Shown here one piece after another: positions 32,149 to 41,895 of a DNA stretch of 64,000 nucleotides. The notes beneath the pieces are model-generated. The model did no database searches, was not told where the DNA came from, and was given only the letters and a program-made list of their open reading frames with translations. The DNA lies in the NCBI GenBank assembly GCA_035544015.1, contig DATKIP010000012.1:99483-163482 (forward strand). Direction: 5' to 3'. A program made the position numbers and the translations under genes. Each line of letters starts with the position of its first letter. Position 1 is the first letter of the stretch. The stretch is from Candidatus Saccharimonadia bacterium (lineage in GTDB: Bacteria > Patescibacteriota > Saccharimonadia > UBA4664).

Positions 32149-32177
32149 TTGACCAGGAACCCTCAAACTGATATAGT
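32149..32177 (+). promoter_or_regulatory. infC operon promoter TTGACC-17-TATAGT
   Basis: Hexamers with 17-bp spacing upstream of the AAGGAG SD. Confidence 0.7.
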
Positions 32178-32207
32178 ACCGAAGAGCTTTTTCAAGGAGA
32201 CTTCCAG

Positions 32208-32735
32208 ATAAACAAAATCCGCTTGAACCGTGAGATCACCGCCCAAACTGTTCGTTTGGTCGATGTTGATGGGTCACAGCGTGGTATTGTTAGCCTCCGT
32301 GAGGCACTGGACCTAGCCGCCGAGGCTGGCCTAGATCTGGCAGAGATAGCTCCCAACGCCGAAACTCCCGTAGTCAAAATCCTCGATTGGGGCAAATACC
32401 GCTACGAACAAGGCAAGCAACTCGCCAAGAGCCGTAAGTCTCAAAAGCAAGTTGAGGTAAAGCAAGTCCGGCTCGGCCTCAAGATCGGTGAGCACGATCT
32501 GCAGGTAAAACTAAGCCGGGTCAAGAAGTTTCTCGAACAAGGCGACAAGGTCAAGATCAGCCTACTGTTCCGAGGACGCGAAATCACTCACCCCGACCTC
32601 GGACGCGCCATTCTCAAGCGAGTTATGGATCAAATCGAGGAATTCGCCGTCCAGGAGCAAGCCCCTCAACTTTCAGGCCGCGACCTCAACATGATAGTAG
32701 GATCCAAGAAGGACACCAAAGATGCCAAAGCTTAA
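32208..32735 (+). CDS. infC: Translation initiation factor IF-3, probable ATA start
   Basis: NREI..VRLV..PVVKILDWGKYRY, GDKVK..FRGRE; AAGGAG 8 nt before an in-frame ATA. Confidence 0.96.
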   Translation: MNKIRLNREITAQTVRLVDVDGSQRGIVSLREALDLAAEAGLDLAEIAPNAETPVVKILDWGKYRYEQGKQLAKSRKSQKQVEVKQVRLGLKIGEHDLQVKLSRVKKFLEQGDKVKISLLFRGREITHPDLGRAILKRVMDQIEEFAVQEQAPQLSGRDLNMIVGSKKDTKDAKA

Positions 32736-32922
32736 GACACACAAGGGAATGGCCAAGCGCATCAAGATCAGCGCTACCGGCAAATTGATGCACCGCCGCG
32801 CCTACCGCAACCACATGCTCGCTCACAAGTCGGCCTCGGCCAAACGTGAGTACGTTAAGGAATTCCAGATTTCAGCCGGCGATACTGCCAACGTTAAGGT
32901 AATGCTAGGAAATTATAAATAA
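32722..32922 (+). CDS. rpmI: 50S ribosomal protein L35
   Basis: [11 protein letters not shown]; between infC and rplT. Confidence 0.97.
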   Translation: MPKLKTHKGMAKRIKISATGKLMHRRAYRNHMLAHKSASAKREYVKEFQISAGDTANVKVMLGNYK

Positions 32923-33272
32923 TGCGTATCAAACGCGGCGTCACCAGCCACGCCAAACACAAGAAACTCCGGGCCCAGACCAAAGGCTATAGCCTCGTCC
33001 GGCGCGCCAGCGTCCGCCAGGCTCGTCAGGCTGTCCTCAAAGCCCTCCAATACCAATACCGCGACCGCCGCAACATGAAGCGCGACCTCCGCGGTCTTTG
33101 GATCACCCGCATCAACGCCGGCGTCAGCCAATTCGGACTGTCTTATTCGGTCTTCATGGGCAACCTCAAAAAAGCCGGCGTCACGCTCGACCGCAAGATC
33201 CTCGCCGAGCTCGCCGTCACCCACCCCAAGGCCTTCGAAGCGGTCGTAGACACCGCCAAAGCCACCAAATAG
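32922..33272 (+). CDS. rplT: 50S ribosomal protein L20
   Basis: [28 protein letters not shown]. Confidence 0.98.
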   Translation: MRIKRGVTSHAKHKKLRAQTKGYSLVRRASVRQARQAVLKALQYQYRDRRNMKRDLRGLWITRINAGVSQFGLSYSVFMGNLKKAGVTLDRKILAELAVTHPKAFEAVVDTAKATK

Positions 33273-33286
33273 ATACGTTCGAAACC

Positions 33287-33323
33287 AAAAAACGCCTCCG
33301 CACCGATGCGCTAGGCGTTTTTT
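33287..33323. terminator. Bidirectional intrinsic terminator after rplT
   Basis: AAAAAACGCCT...AGGCGTTTTTT. Confidence 0.75.
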
Positions 33324-33382
33324 GATTTCCCCAATACAAAAATAGTAATTAATGCAAAAATACCCAGAAAATCCGCAAAAAA

Positions 33383-34519
33383 CTAAGGGCGCAAAGTACC
33401 CTTATTCAAGGTAAAAACATCCCATTTATCTCGCACAAATTTTGCCATGGTTTTGCGAAATATTGACGCATCAAACTCTTTGGCCCGCGCCCGAATCACC
33501 CCCTCATCAAATGTCATCCCCTCAAATCGCTGCACCGCATCAGCCAACGCCGCACCGGTTTGCGATCCAAAGAGCACACCCGTCTCGCCGTCCGTCACAT
33601 ACTCCGGAGCGCCACCGCCATCATAGGCAATCACCGGCGTACCGACGGCCATAGCCTCTAACGGCACCATACCGAAGTCCTCTTCCGGCGGAAACACAAA
33701 GGCCTTGGCCCCCGCAAACAACCGGTCGCGCTCGTCGTCGCTCACTCGCCCCAAAAACTCAATATTAGCCTGCGCCCGCGGCCGCTGCCGGGCAATCTCC
33801 TCCCCCGCCCCCACCACCTTGAGCGGCAACCCCAGGCTATTGAATGCATCCACCGCCACATCCAGCCGCTTCGACGCCACCTGCCGCCCCACAATCAAAT
33901 AATAATCACGCCCCCCCGACCCCACCACCCCCTGCGCCCCCATCACAATCGGCGGATAAATCACGGTCGAATCCCGATGATAATACTGCGCAATCCGCCG
34001 CTGAATATGCCGCGAGTTCGCCACAAACACATCCACCCCCTGCGCCGCCCGGTAGTCTACCCACCGCAGCACCCCAATCAGTACCGGAAACACCAGCCGC
34101 GCCAGCCAGTTAAAGGCCCCAAAGGGCAAATTCTTGAGCCGCCATTCATAATCGCTCCAGTAGTAACGCACCGGCGTGTGGCAGTAGCAGATATGCAGTG
34201 TCTCCCCGCTCGTCCGCACATACTTGGCCTCGGCCGCGCACGACGAAATCACAATGTCATACCCACTCATATCAAGCGTCTTAAATGGCGTCCCCAAAAA
34301 TATCGGAAACAGCTGGTGCTTCAGCTTCAAAAACGGGATCTTGTCCAAAAACGTCGTTCGAATATCGGCGCCCGCAAATTCCGGAAACTTTTTGGGATCA
34401 TAGGCCGAGGTATATATCGGCGCCTCCGGATACATTTGATGCAATTCATACAACACCTTCTCGGCCCCGCCAGGCGACGTCAGCCAGTGATGCGTCAGCG
34501 CAATCTTCGGCTCGCGCAT
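33383..34519 (-). CDS. GT4 glycosyltransferase (mannosyltransferase-like)
   Basis: GGAEKV, YCHTPVRY, IYPP, EDFGMVPLEAMAVG. Confidence 0.9.
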   Translation of the reverse strand: MREPKIALTHHWLTSPGGAEKVLYELHQMYPEAPIYTSAYDPKKFPEFAGADIRTTFLDKIPFLKLKHQLFPIFLGTPFKTLDMSGYDIVISSCAAEAKYVRTSGETLHICYCHTPVRYYWSDYEWRLKNLPFGAFNWLARLVFPVLIGVLRWVDYRAAQGVDVFVANSRHIQRRIAQYYHRDSTVIYPPIVMGAQGVVGSGGRDYYLIVGRQVASKRLDVAVDAFNSLGLPLKVVGAGEEIARQRPRAQANIEFLGRVSDDERDRLFAGAKAFVFPPEEDFGMVPLEAMAVGTPVIAYDGGGAPEYVTDGETGVLFGSQTGAALADAVQRFEGMTFDEGVIRARAKEFDASIFRKTMAKFVRDKWDVFTLNKGTLRP

Positions 34520-35979
34520 CAGTATGCCCCCTTACCGGCCAAAAACGTCAGCGCTGTCTTCAGCAAAATCTTGGTATCAAGTAGCAAGCCCCAGTGCTCG
34601 ACGTAATAAATATCAAGCTTCACCCGGTCATCATAGCTAATATCACTCCGTCCCGAAATCTGCCACAACCCCGTCATTCCCGGCTTGAGCGCCAAGAAGG
34701 TCGCACCCCGCTGGCCGTAATGATCCAACTCCGCCGCCACAATCGGCCGCGGCCCCACCAGACTCATTTCACCCTTCAGCACATTCAAAAACTGCGGCAA
34801 TTCATCCAGACTGGTGCGGCGCAAAAACCGCCCAAATCGACTCACCCGCGGATCATTCTCTATTTTGTGCGCCCGCTTAAATTCCGCTATCAGCTCAGGG
34901 CGGCCCATCGCTCGCAGCGTCTCCTCGGCACTCGTAAACGGACGCCCCGGCCCGTCACAATAGCGCCATTCCATCGTCCGAAACTTCAGCACCCCCACCG
35001 AGCGTCCGCTTCGGCTCAAACGATGATGCCGATACAACACCGGGCCACTCGGGTCCCGCAGTTTTATCAGCAACGCCAGCCCCACCAGCAACGGCGACAA
35101 CACCACTATGGCCAACGCCGAACCCATCAAGTCAAACACCCGCTTCGCCACCCGCCCCCAACCATCAAGCGGGGTGAGCCGAATCTCAATCATTTGCACC
35201 CCGGCCAACGTACCAAGCACCGAGTTTGAGGCGTACAGCCCAAACTGGTTCGGCACAAACCGGTACCCAATCTGGTGATTAGCCGCATAATTTACCAGCG
35301 CCAAAATCTCGTCCTGCTCCAGCGCCGAATCGGCCTGAATAATTTCATCCAAATTACCGTCCGGCGCCACTGCCGCGATCGCCTCCTCGAGCGCGTCAAA
35401 CACCGGCACCCCCCGCATCCGCTTCGCCGCTCCCCGCGACCGGTCCACGCACGCCAGCAGCCGGTAACCCGAAAACGCCTGCTGCAAATCCGGCACCATC
35501 CGCTGCGCAATCTCGCCGCTACCAATGATCACCGCGTTATGCACCCCCACTCCAAACTGAAACAACCACCGCTGCAGCCAACGCACCAGCGTCCGCGACA
35601 GCAACACAAACACCAGCCCCAAACCGTAAGCATAAATCGGCACCGCCTTAGACGGAAACAACGACTGCGGCTGAAAGAAATCCAGCAAAATGCTCAGCAT
35701 CACTCCACCCGACACCGCCACAAAGACCTTGCCGATCTCACCCAGCTTCCCGCGTAAGTTCGACTGCACGTACAACCCCGACAACGCAAAAATCACAATC
35801 CACAGCGGCAGCAAAATCAGCAGCACGTGCACAAATTCAGCCGCTGGAATCGGATGAGCCACCGGTTTGTCCTCCAGCTTCACCCGAATAATATAGGCCG
35901 CCGCAAACGCACCTAGCAGCGCCAAAAAATCCAATGGCACAAGTATTACGCTAAAAAATAATTCGCTTCGTTTGCGCAT
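34519..35979 (-). CDS. Undecaprenyl-phosphate sugar phosphotransferase (WcaJ/CpsE type)
   Basis: [38 protein letters not shown]. Confidence 0.95.
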   Translation of the reverse strand: MRKRSELFFSVILVPLDFLALLGAFAAAYIIRVKLEDKPVAHPIPAAEFVHVLLILLPLWIVIFALSGLYVQSNLRGKLGEIGKVFVAVSGGVMLSILLDFFQPQSLFPSKAVPIYAYGLGLVFVLLSRTLVRWLQRWLFQFGVGVHNAVIIGSGEIAQRMVPDLQQAFSGYRLLACVDRSRGAAKRMRGVPVFDALEEAIAAVAPDGNLDEIIQADSALEQDEILALVNYAANHQIGYRFVPNQFGLYASNSVLGTLAGVQMIEIRLTPLDGWGRVAKRVFDLMGSALAIVVLSPLLVGLALLIKLRDPSGPVLYRHHRLSRSGRSVGVLKFRTMEWRYCDGPGRPFTSAEETLRAMGRPELIAEFKRAHKIENDPRVSRFGRFLRRTSLDELPQFLNVLKGEMSLVGPRPIVAAELDHYGQRGATFLALKPGMTGLWQISGRSDISYDDRVKLDIYYVEHWGLLLDTKILLKTALTFLAGKGAY

Positions 35980-36025
35980 AATCTGTTGTCGCTATTGTAC
36001 ACCGCGCGCTAAAAATAATGGCATT

Positions 36026-36373
36026 GCCAGACTAGTCATAAGCCGGATTCTGTCGAGGATGATCATCTATCTTGGGTCCACGTTGCCGCGAACCTCATGC
36101 GGTCTGATCGCTCAAACGCGCGAGCAGCGCCCCTTTCGGGATGTTTGAGCCGCCTTGCAGCGGACGGGGTTTACCTCCTCGCCTAGTCACCTAGGCCAGC
36201 TGTGCGCTCTTGCCGCACTCGTTTCACCCTTACCGAGCTTGCGCCCGGCGGTATCGTTTCTGTGGCACTTTCCCTACGGTCGCCCGCGGTTGCCGTTAGC
36301 AACCGTCCTGCTCTATGCTGTCCGGACTTTCCTCACCGACCTTGCAGCCGGCGCGATCATCTTCTAGTCTGAC
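36026..36373 (-). ncRNA. rnpB: RNase P RNA
   Basis: GAGGAAAGTCCGGAC and ACAGAATCCGGCTTA conserved elements; terminal P1 pairing CAGACTAG/CTAGTCTG. Confidence 0.95.
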
Positions 36374-36501
36374 CTTCAGATTATGACAGATTACGCTCAA
36401 AAATTCAAATTAAATTTTCACTATTGATGTATCAAATACAACACAGATCAGCCAGTAGCAGCAAAGTAATCAAAATCGGCGCGGCCATCGACCTACCAGC
36501 T

Positions 36502-36960
36502 TCATTCCGACATCCTAGCCAACGCCTCCCTGACGCTGACATCAAAGTCCTTAACATATTCATAGCCCTTGAGTGCTTCGGGATTGATCCAAGCAAAATC
36601 GGTGTGCTCCCAATCCAAGGTAATAGCCGGTTTTTGACGCAACATTACCAATACCGGGTATACCACCCATGTCCGGCCGATGCCCTGGTCATCAACTTCA
36701 TACGGCCTGCAAACGCCCATGCTCGCAATGACGCGCTCATCAAAGGCCACCTCTTCCATGAGCTCCTGTTTAGCAAACTCCTCAATCGATTTTGGCTCAT
36801 CGATAAACCCAGAAATTCCATTCCACAGGCCCCGGTAGGTGCCTACTTTCTGGCTACGTTTTACGATAAGAATTTTTCCCTCATAATAAACAACCACATT
36901 CAACACTGGCGCTTTGCGCGCACCAGTGAAGTCGATCCGGCCGTCATCAAAACGAGGCAA
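36502..36960 (-). CDS. NUDIX hydrolase (start uncertain)
   Basis: LIVKRS..W..SGFIDE..AKQELMEEV Nudix box, LDWEH. Confidence 0.8.
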   Translation of the reverse strand: MPRFDDGRIDFTGARKAPVLNVVVYYEGKILIVKRSQKVGTYRGLWNGISGFIDEPKSIEEFAKQELMEEVAFDERVIASMGVCRPYEVDDQGIGRTWVVYPVLVMLRQKPAITLDWEHTDFAWINPEALKGYEYVKDFDVSVREALARMSE

Positions 36961-36973
36961 TCCACGAGGAAGC

Positions 36974-37504
36974 TCAAGCCGAATACACCCATCCGGGCTG
37001 CCACTTCCAGGGTTCCGATATGATATCCTCAAGCTTCTTACCCAGCAAATGTTCTTCAAACCCATACTGGGTCGCCCGATGACCTATAATCACAACGGTC
37101 TTATTTTGATACGACACCCTGAGATCTTCCAGAAACTTAGCCACCCGCCTAGAAGTCTGTTCGTAGCTCTCGCCATCAGGGAACGGCTTGCTAATGTGCT
37201 CGGCTTTTTTTGCCTCAACCTCACTTTTAGGAGCTTGGGTCAGCTTCCCGTAACCACATTCGCGCAATCTCGAATCAATGAATATCGGAACCAGCCTATC
37301 CTTGAAAGCAATTGCAGCCGTCTTATAGCTTCGCTGCAAATCCGAGCAAAATACCGCATCGGGCAAACGGTCCTTATACCGGGTTCCCAGCTCAGAAGAT
37401 TGACGCAATCCGGCTTCCGAGAGATCGACATCATTCCACCCCGACGAAAGCTCAGCTTCGTTGTCCAACGAGGTCGAATGAGCCTCGAAAATAATGGTTA
37501 CCAT
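36974..37504 (-). CDS. Histidine phosphatase family protein
   Basis: FEAH in place of RHG, SDLQRS, RLRECGYG, GES, IIGH. Confidence 0.85.
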   Translation of the reverse strand: MVTIIFEAHSTSLDNEAELSSGWNDVDLSEAGLRQSSELGTRYKDRLPDAVFCSDLQRSYKTAAIAFKDRLVPIFIDSRLRECGYGKLTQAPKSEVEAKKAEHISKPFPDGESYEQTSRRVAKFLEDLRVSYQNKTVVIIGHRATQYGFEEHLLGKKLEDIISEPWKWQPGWVYSA

Positions 37505-37723
37505 AGAGTAAGTCTAGCAGACAAAAAATAATTCCTGGTCAACCATACGCCTCACCTTAGCGAACTATTCCGGCAAATCCTCAAAACGACCATCACCGTT
37601 TGAGTCTCTTCAAACTTGGTTGGCAGAAGCTGGCCTTCAAATTCAAAATTACTGAGTCTTGTCATGCAGCCAGTATAGCAACAAAAGGAGACCGCTTGGG
37701 TCTCCTTTCAAGCATAAGTACAT

Positions 37724-37799
37724 TGGTCGGGGTGACAGGGCTCGAACCTGCGACCTCACGGCCCCCAGCCGTACGCGCTACCAACTGCGCCACACCCCG
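37724..37799 (-). tRNA. tRNA-Pro(GGG)
   Basis: Cloverleaf CGGGGTG..CACCCCG-ACCA, anticodon loop CT-GGG-GG, GGTTCGAG. Confidence 0.96.
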
Positions 37800-37804
37800 A
37801 TAAT

Positions 37805-38041
37805 TTACAATCTCTGGTCGAGCCACTTGCGACCGGCACCCGACTTGAGAAAATGCTCCCTCTTCATGGCTTCGGTTCTGGTTGGCAAAACCTCCGTATA
37901 CTCTACCCTAAAAGGAGCAATCGATCGAGTTGATTTAGTGATGCCGGAATTATGTTGCTCAAAACGGAGCTCAAAATCCTGTGTCTGGCCCGTATATCGG
38001 CGCCCGTTCTTTTCGCTCCGCAACACATATATGGTATACAA
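37805..38041 (-). CDS. Small GIY-YIG nuclease
   Basis: YTIYVLRS..YTGQT..RFEQHNSG..T..P..EAMKRE..LKSGAGR. Confidence 0.92.
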   Translation of the reverse strand: MYTIYVLRSEKNGRRYTGQTQDFELRFEQHNSGITKSTRSIAPFRVEYTEVLPTRTEAMKREHFLKSGAGRKWLDQRL

Positions 38042-38049
38042 TCCTAACT

Positions 38050-38107
38050 CCTCACGGCCCCCAGCGTCGCCACGGCGACCGCTACCAACTGCGCCACACC
38101 CCGATAA
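38050..38107 (-). repeat. Duplicate of tRNA-Pro 5' half with a 14-nt hairpin substitution
   Basis: 38050-38065 = 37754-37769 and 38080-38107 = 37776-37803; CGTACG replaced by GTCGCCACGGCGAC. Confidence 0.9.
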
Positions 38108-38135
38108 CTGTCCGATTATGAGTCAATTCGGCCAC

Positions 38136-38537
38136 TTATGCAACTAACCGCACCAGATGGGGCAAAGCCTTTGCCAATTTCTTATCGTATGTAAGCAATG
38201 GCCCGGTTCCATTCAGTTCCGCATAAACCGCCAGCGCAATGTCGATGAACGACACCGCCTTATGATGAACATATACCGGCATAACTTGGGATATCAGGAG
38301 CCGATTACAGGCAATTTGCTCAATCCTCGTAAGCTCGGTGATGAGATCAGCAATTAACCGCCGATCGAATCCATAGGCCGACCCCTGCAAAATCCACACA
38401 CACTCAAACAACACCACATCCTCAACCGTAAATTCACTCCTGCGGCCCTTCGCTACCATCGCCACCGTTGCCGGCGACTGGGCCGGATGATCCTCGAGCA
38501 ACAGCCGCAACACCAGGTTGGTATCAAGTGCGCTCAC
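38136..38537 (-). CDS. PIN-domain VapC toxin
   Basis: LDTNLVLR..E..W..SFID..LLTYD. Confidence 0.9.
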   Translation of the reverse strand: MSALDTNLVLRLLLEDHPAQSPATVAMVAKGRRSEFTVEDVVLFECVWILQGSAYGFDRRLIADLITELTRIEQIACNRLLISQVMPVYVHHKAVSFIDIALAVYAELNGTGPLLTYDKKLAKALPHLVRLVA

Positions 38538-38833
38538 TCCGACTCTCGCATTCGCTCTACTCGATAGGCCGCCGCATCGCGATGAGCCTGTAAACGAACC
38601 TCCCTCAGTTCATCATCGGTCTGCGGGAAGGTTCGGTTGGTGCGCTGCATATGCTCTCGCACGCGAGCGTGGAGCGCCGCCAACTCCTTATGCCAATCCG
38701 GCTGCTCAATCGTAGCGATATCCCCGGACAAATCAAAACTCACCGCCTGTCCCGGCTTGAGCCCCAGCTTACGCCGAATCTCGACCGGAATGGTCACCTG
38801 CCCCTTGCTAGTCATGGTAGACGAATACTTCAT
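38534..38833 (-). CDS. AbrB/MazE family antitoxin
   Basis: TSKGQVTIPVEIRRKLGLKPG. Confidence 0.93.
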   Translation of the reverse strand: MKYSSTMTSKGQVTIPVEIRRKLGLKPGQAVSFDLSGDIATIEQPDWHKELAALHARVREHMQRTNRTFPQTDDELREVRLQAHRDAAAYRVERMRESE

Positions 38834-38878
38834 GGTATTACCCTACCAAAAGGTAATACCACCCGTCAAGGTATTACC
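38834..38878. promoter_or_regulatory. Three GGTAWTACC palindromes over the abrB-vapC promoter
   Basis: Copies start at 38834, 38852 and 38870 (18-bp period) around TTGACG and TAGGGT. Confidence 0.75.
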
Positions 38879-39310
38879 TCAGCGCCCGGTATGCCCGTAC
38901 CCCTGCTCCCCGCGCTCGGTCTCATCGTGCGCCTCCACCTCGACCCACTCCACGCGCTCCACCGGCTTCACGAGCACCTGCGCCACTCGATCACCGTCCT
39001 CGATCGTATACGGCTCGTCCGATAGATTCACCATGATGATCTTGAGCTCACCCCGGTAATCCGAATCAATCGTCCCCGGCGCGTTCACCGTCGTCACCCC
39101 GTGCTTGGCAGCCAGCCCACTACGCGGCCGCACCTGCATCTCGTAGCCCTCCGGCACCGCCACAAACAGCCCCGTAGGCACCAGCGCCCGGCCCAGCGGC
39201 CCCAGCGTCACCGGCGCCTCCAGGTTGGCCCGCACATCGAGCGCCGCCGCTCCCGCCGTATGATACTCCGGCAGCGGATGCCGGCTCTTATTGATAATCC
39301 GAACTTTCAT
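38879..39310 (-). CDS. dut: dUTP diphosphatase
   Basis: AALDV, RPRSGLA, GTIDSDYRGE, GDRVAQ, RGEQGYGHTG. Confidence 0.97.
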   Translation of the reverse strand: MKVRIINKSRHPLPEYHTAGAAALDVRANLEAPVTLGPLGRALVPTGLFVAVPEGYEMQVRPRSGLAAKHGVTTVNAPGTIDSDYRGELKIIMVNLSDEPYTIEDGDRVAQVLVKPVERVEWVEVEAHDETERGEQGYGHTGR

Positions 39311-39842
39311 TTACACCCCACTCAATAAATCCTGGCTCCGCGCCACCGCAGCAGCCACCAACTTTTCCCTGCGAATCGCAGGTGGGTGCCCTCAGTCACG
39401 TGGTCCACGGACCCGGACAATCTTAAGCTCCCGTTGGTAGTAGTACAGAGAAAAATTTATGCACCGCATATGCGTATGGTGCAGAGACCTGTTTATTCTA
39501 TAGGCGCACATCGTCCAGATCAATCCAGGCGAGATAGACATTAATGATCATACATTGTATTATTACAAAACCTGAAGTCAGGCGCACCGTTCGGACAGAT
39601 TGGAGCACATCATGCTGCTTACGGATATCAAGATCGCGTTCCTCCTGGTCCTCGGCCTCAGCATGGTAGCCGCCGTAGCCTGGGGAACCATACGCGTGAG
39701 GCAGATGTTCCGACAAGGCGAACTCATCCTGGAACTGTCACAGTTCCTCGTGACCAGGAGCAACGGCTGGCTCGACCAAACGATGATCCCGCGGTACAAA
39801 CGCCGCACCGTCATCCTCTTCACCTACCGCTCGACCTACCTA

Positions 39843-40948
39843 TAGCCCTCTCAAAACAAAACCGTCATAAACCATATTTAAACAGCCTTCCGGCAATATA
39901 GCCGGTAAAGGCCTTTTTTGTGTCTTCAAAGGTAGAACGCTGAATATTGGCTACAGCTTGCTTGGTGGTGTTCCAAACATGCTCAATTGGATTGTTGTCA
40001 GGGGCATAGGGCGGCATGGGGATGAGGTGGACCCGCTCCAAGAGTTGGCCTTTGGCTAAGGCTGTTCGAATCGCACGACCTTTGTGGAAGGCGGCATTGT
40101 CCCAGATAATGGCAATCTTCTTGTCTGGGTGGTTTTTCAAGAAGAGCTCGAATGCCTTCAACACCTCTTCCTGGTTTTGCCAGGGCATTTCATACACTTC
40201 GCAGGTGAACGATTTCTGGTTCAAGAACCCGATATAGCTCTGAGCCTCTTTGTCCCGGTCGACTTTGACAATGGTGCGCTTGCCCTTTTTGAGCCAAGCC
40301 CGGCGGGTAATAGCTTCTTGTTCTATCCGGACTTCGTCAACGGCAAACACTTCCCACTCCTTGCTGGTAAGCAGCGGGGCAACTTCAGCATGGATTTCTC
40401 GCATCCGGGCCTCAATCGTAGCCACATTGCGCCTGAGGTCAAAGGTATCCGGGTACTTAAACGACAGATTACTAAACCGTAGGAGGAAATGATATGACTG
40501 CGGAGATTCATACACAATCTCAAACTTGGTCTGGAGGTAGGTTTTGAGCTGGGGTACATCCCAGAAGGCCTGAGGCAAGCCAAAGTCGGAGGGTGGAGAG
40601 CTGAGCGCCTGCTTGACCTCTTGGCGCTGGTCGCGGGTTAGAGGACTGGCGTTGTCATTGCCGGCGTGGCCGGTGAATATCATGCTGAGGCGACTAGTTC
40701 GCCAGGCATTGAGCCAGCTCCCCACGGTTCGTGAGGAGCGGTCTTGGATGTCGCCAATGTCAGCGGATGACATCCCTTTATTCGCCATGAGTACGGCCCC
40801 AGCTTTATATCGTATGAGGATGAGTGGGGAGGTTTTGGCATATTCCTTTAAAAGAATCTTTTCTTCGTTGGTGATATTTGTTTTACGCATTTGCAATTAA
40901 GCGTAACAAAATCTCGAAATAAATGCAGGTTTTGTTTTGAGGGGGCTA
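39843..40948 (-). mobile_element. IS630-family insertion sequence
   Basis: Terminal IRs TAGCCC(T/C)CTCAAAACAAAACC; TA duplication at 39841-39842 and 40949-40950. Confidence 0.95.
39865..40896 (-). CDS. IS630 transposase
   Basis: HTH N-terminus; VDE, WDNAAFH, PPYAPDNNPIEHVW DDE motifs. Confidence 0.95.
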   Translation of the reverse strand: MQMRKTNITNEEKILLKEYAKTSPLILIRYKAGAVLMANKGMSSADIGDIQDRSSRTVGSWLNAWRTSRLSMIFTGHAGNDNASPLTRDQRQEVKQALSSPPSDFGLPQAFWDVPQLKTYLQTKFEIVYESPQSYHFLLRFSNLSFKYPDTFDLRRNVATIEARMREIHAEVAPLLTSKEWEVFAVDEVRIEQEAITRRAWLKKGKRTIVKVDRDKEAQSYIGFLNQKSFTCEVYEMPWQNQEEVLKAFELFLKNHPDKKIAIIWDNAAFHKGRAIRTALAKGQLLERVHLIPMPPYAPDNNPIEHVWNTTKQAVANIQRSTFEDTKKAFTGYIAGRLFKYGL

Positions 40949-41175
40949 TACCCGAGCAAGAGGTGCGGCTCCTCCCCCACCCCAATCGCTACGACATCGT
41001 GGTCTTGGTATCCACCGACCGTGCCGATCAGCAATACGCCGACATCCTCCTGGAACAATTCAAGACTGATCACCCGGATGTCAGAATACACCGGCAGCTC
41101 CACGAACCCATTACGCGCGCTCACTAGCTTCAGGCAGAGGCCCCCGGACACCGCGTCCGAGGGCCTCCCGCCGTT

Positions 41176-41808
41176 TTAGAGCACGCTACTTGCCGGCACC
41201 AGCAGCCGCACAATCGCGATCGTCGCCTGCGCCACCCACGGCGCGATAAATTGATACCCGAGCAACATCACCGCCAGCAGCACCACAAACCCGGACTGCT
41301 CTATCCGGTCCATCACCTCGCGCAAGCCCGGCGGCGCCACCGCATACAGCAGCCGCGAACCATCCAGCGGCGGAAACGGAATCATGTTAAACACAAACAA
41401 CCCTACGTTCACGATAATGAGTGCCGCGAAAAAGGTGGCGCCCACCGAGCTAAACGGCAATAGTTGCGCACACAGGGCAAAAAAGCACGCCAACAACAGG
41501 TTGGTAAACGGCCCGGCCAAAGCCACCAACGCCGCACCCCACCGCCCCCAGCGCACCGCCCACGGGTTAAACGGCACCGGCTTGGCCGCCCCAAACACCA
41601 CCGGCGAACCCACCACAATCAAAAACAATGGCAGCGCCAATGTGGCAAACGGATCGATGTGCGCGAGCGGATTGAGCGTCAGCCGGCCCTTATCTTTAGC
41701 TGTCGTATCGCCCAGATAGTGCCCCATGAGCGCATGCGCAAATTCGTGCAGCGTGAGCGCCAGTACCAACGCCACCACCTGGGCCAAAATTTGAATCGGA
41801 TCATGCAT
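41176..41808 (-). CDS. Site-2 protease (M50)
   Basis: HEFAH, LNPLAHID, AGPFTN, FNMIPFPPLDG. Confidence 0.95.
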   Translation of the reverse strand: MHDPIQILAQVVALVLALTLHEFAHALMGHYLGDTTAKDKGRLTLNPLAHIDPFATLALPLFLIVVGSPVVFGAAKPVPFNPWAVRWGRWGAALVALAGPFTNLLLACFFALCAQLLPFSSVGATFFAALIIVNVGLFVFNMIPFPPLDGSRLLYAVAPPGLREVMDRIEQSGFVVLLAVMLLGYQFIAPWVAQATIAIVRLLVPASSVL

Positions 41809-41895
41809 ACACGCAATTGTACTATATGCAGTGCCAAATCATTGACTTACCAGATGAAATTAGCTACACTTACCGAGTTGTTTTAAGGATTTGTC

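Larger units (their letters stand above)
39612..41127 (+). pseudogene. Orphan membrane-anchored gene interrupted by IS630
   Basis: Removing the IS and one TA joins ..RSTYL to PEQEVRLL.. in frame. Confidence 0.8.

Noticed and set aside
38050-38107. Second functional or intron-containing tRNA-Pro
   Set aside because: No T-arm or 3' acceptor strand follows, and part of the anticodon stem is replaced rather than interrupted
39311-39390. Possible gene tail (REKLVAAAVARSQDLLSGV*) abutting the dut start
   Set aside because: Too short to assign a family and bounded by an upstream stop
41128-41176. Orphan-gene hairpins as integron attC sites
   Set aside because: No RYYYAAC/GTTRRRY boxes, no integron integrase and no tandem array
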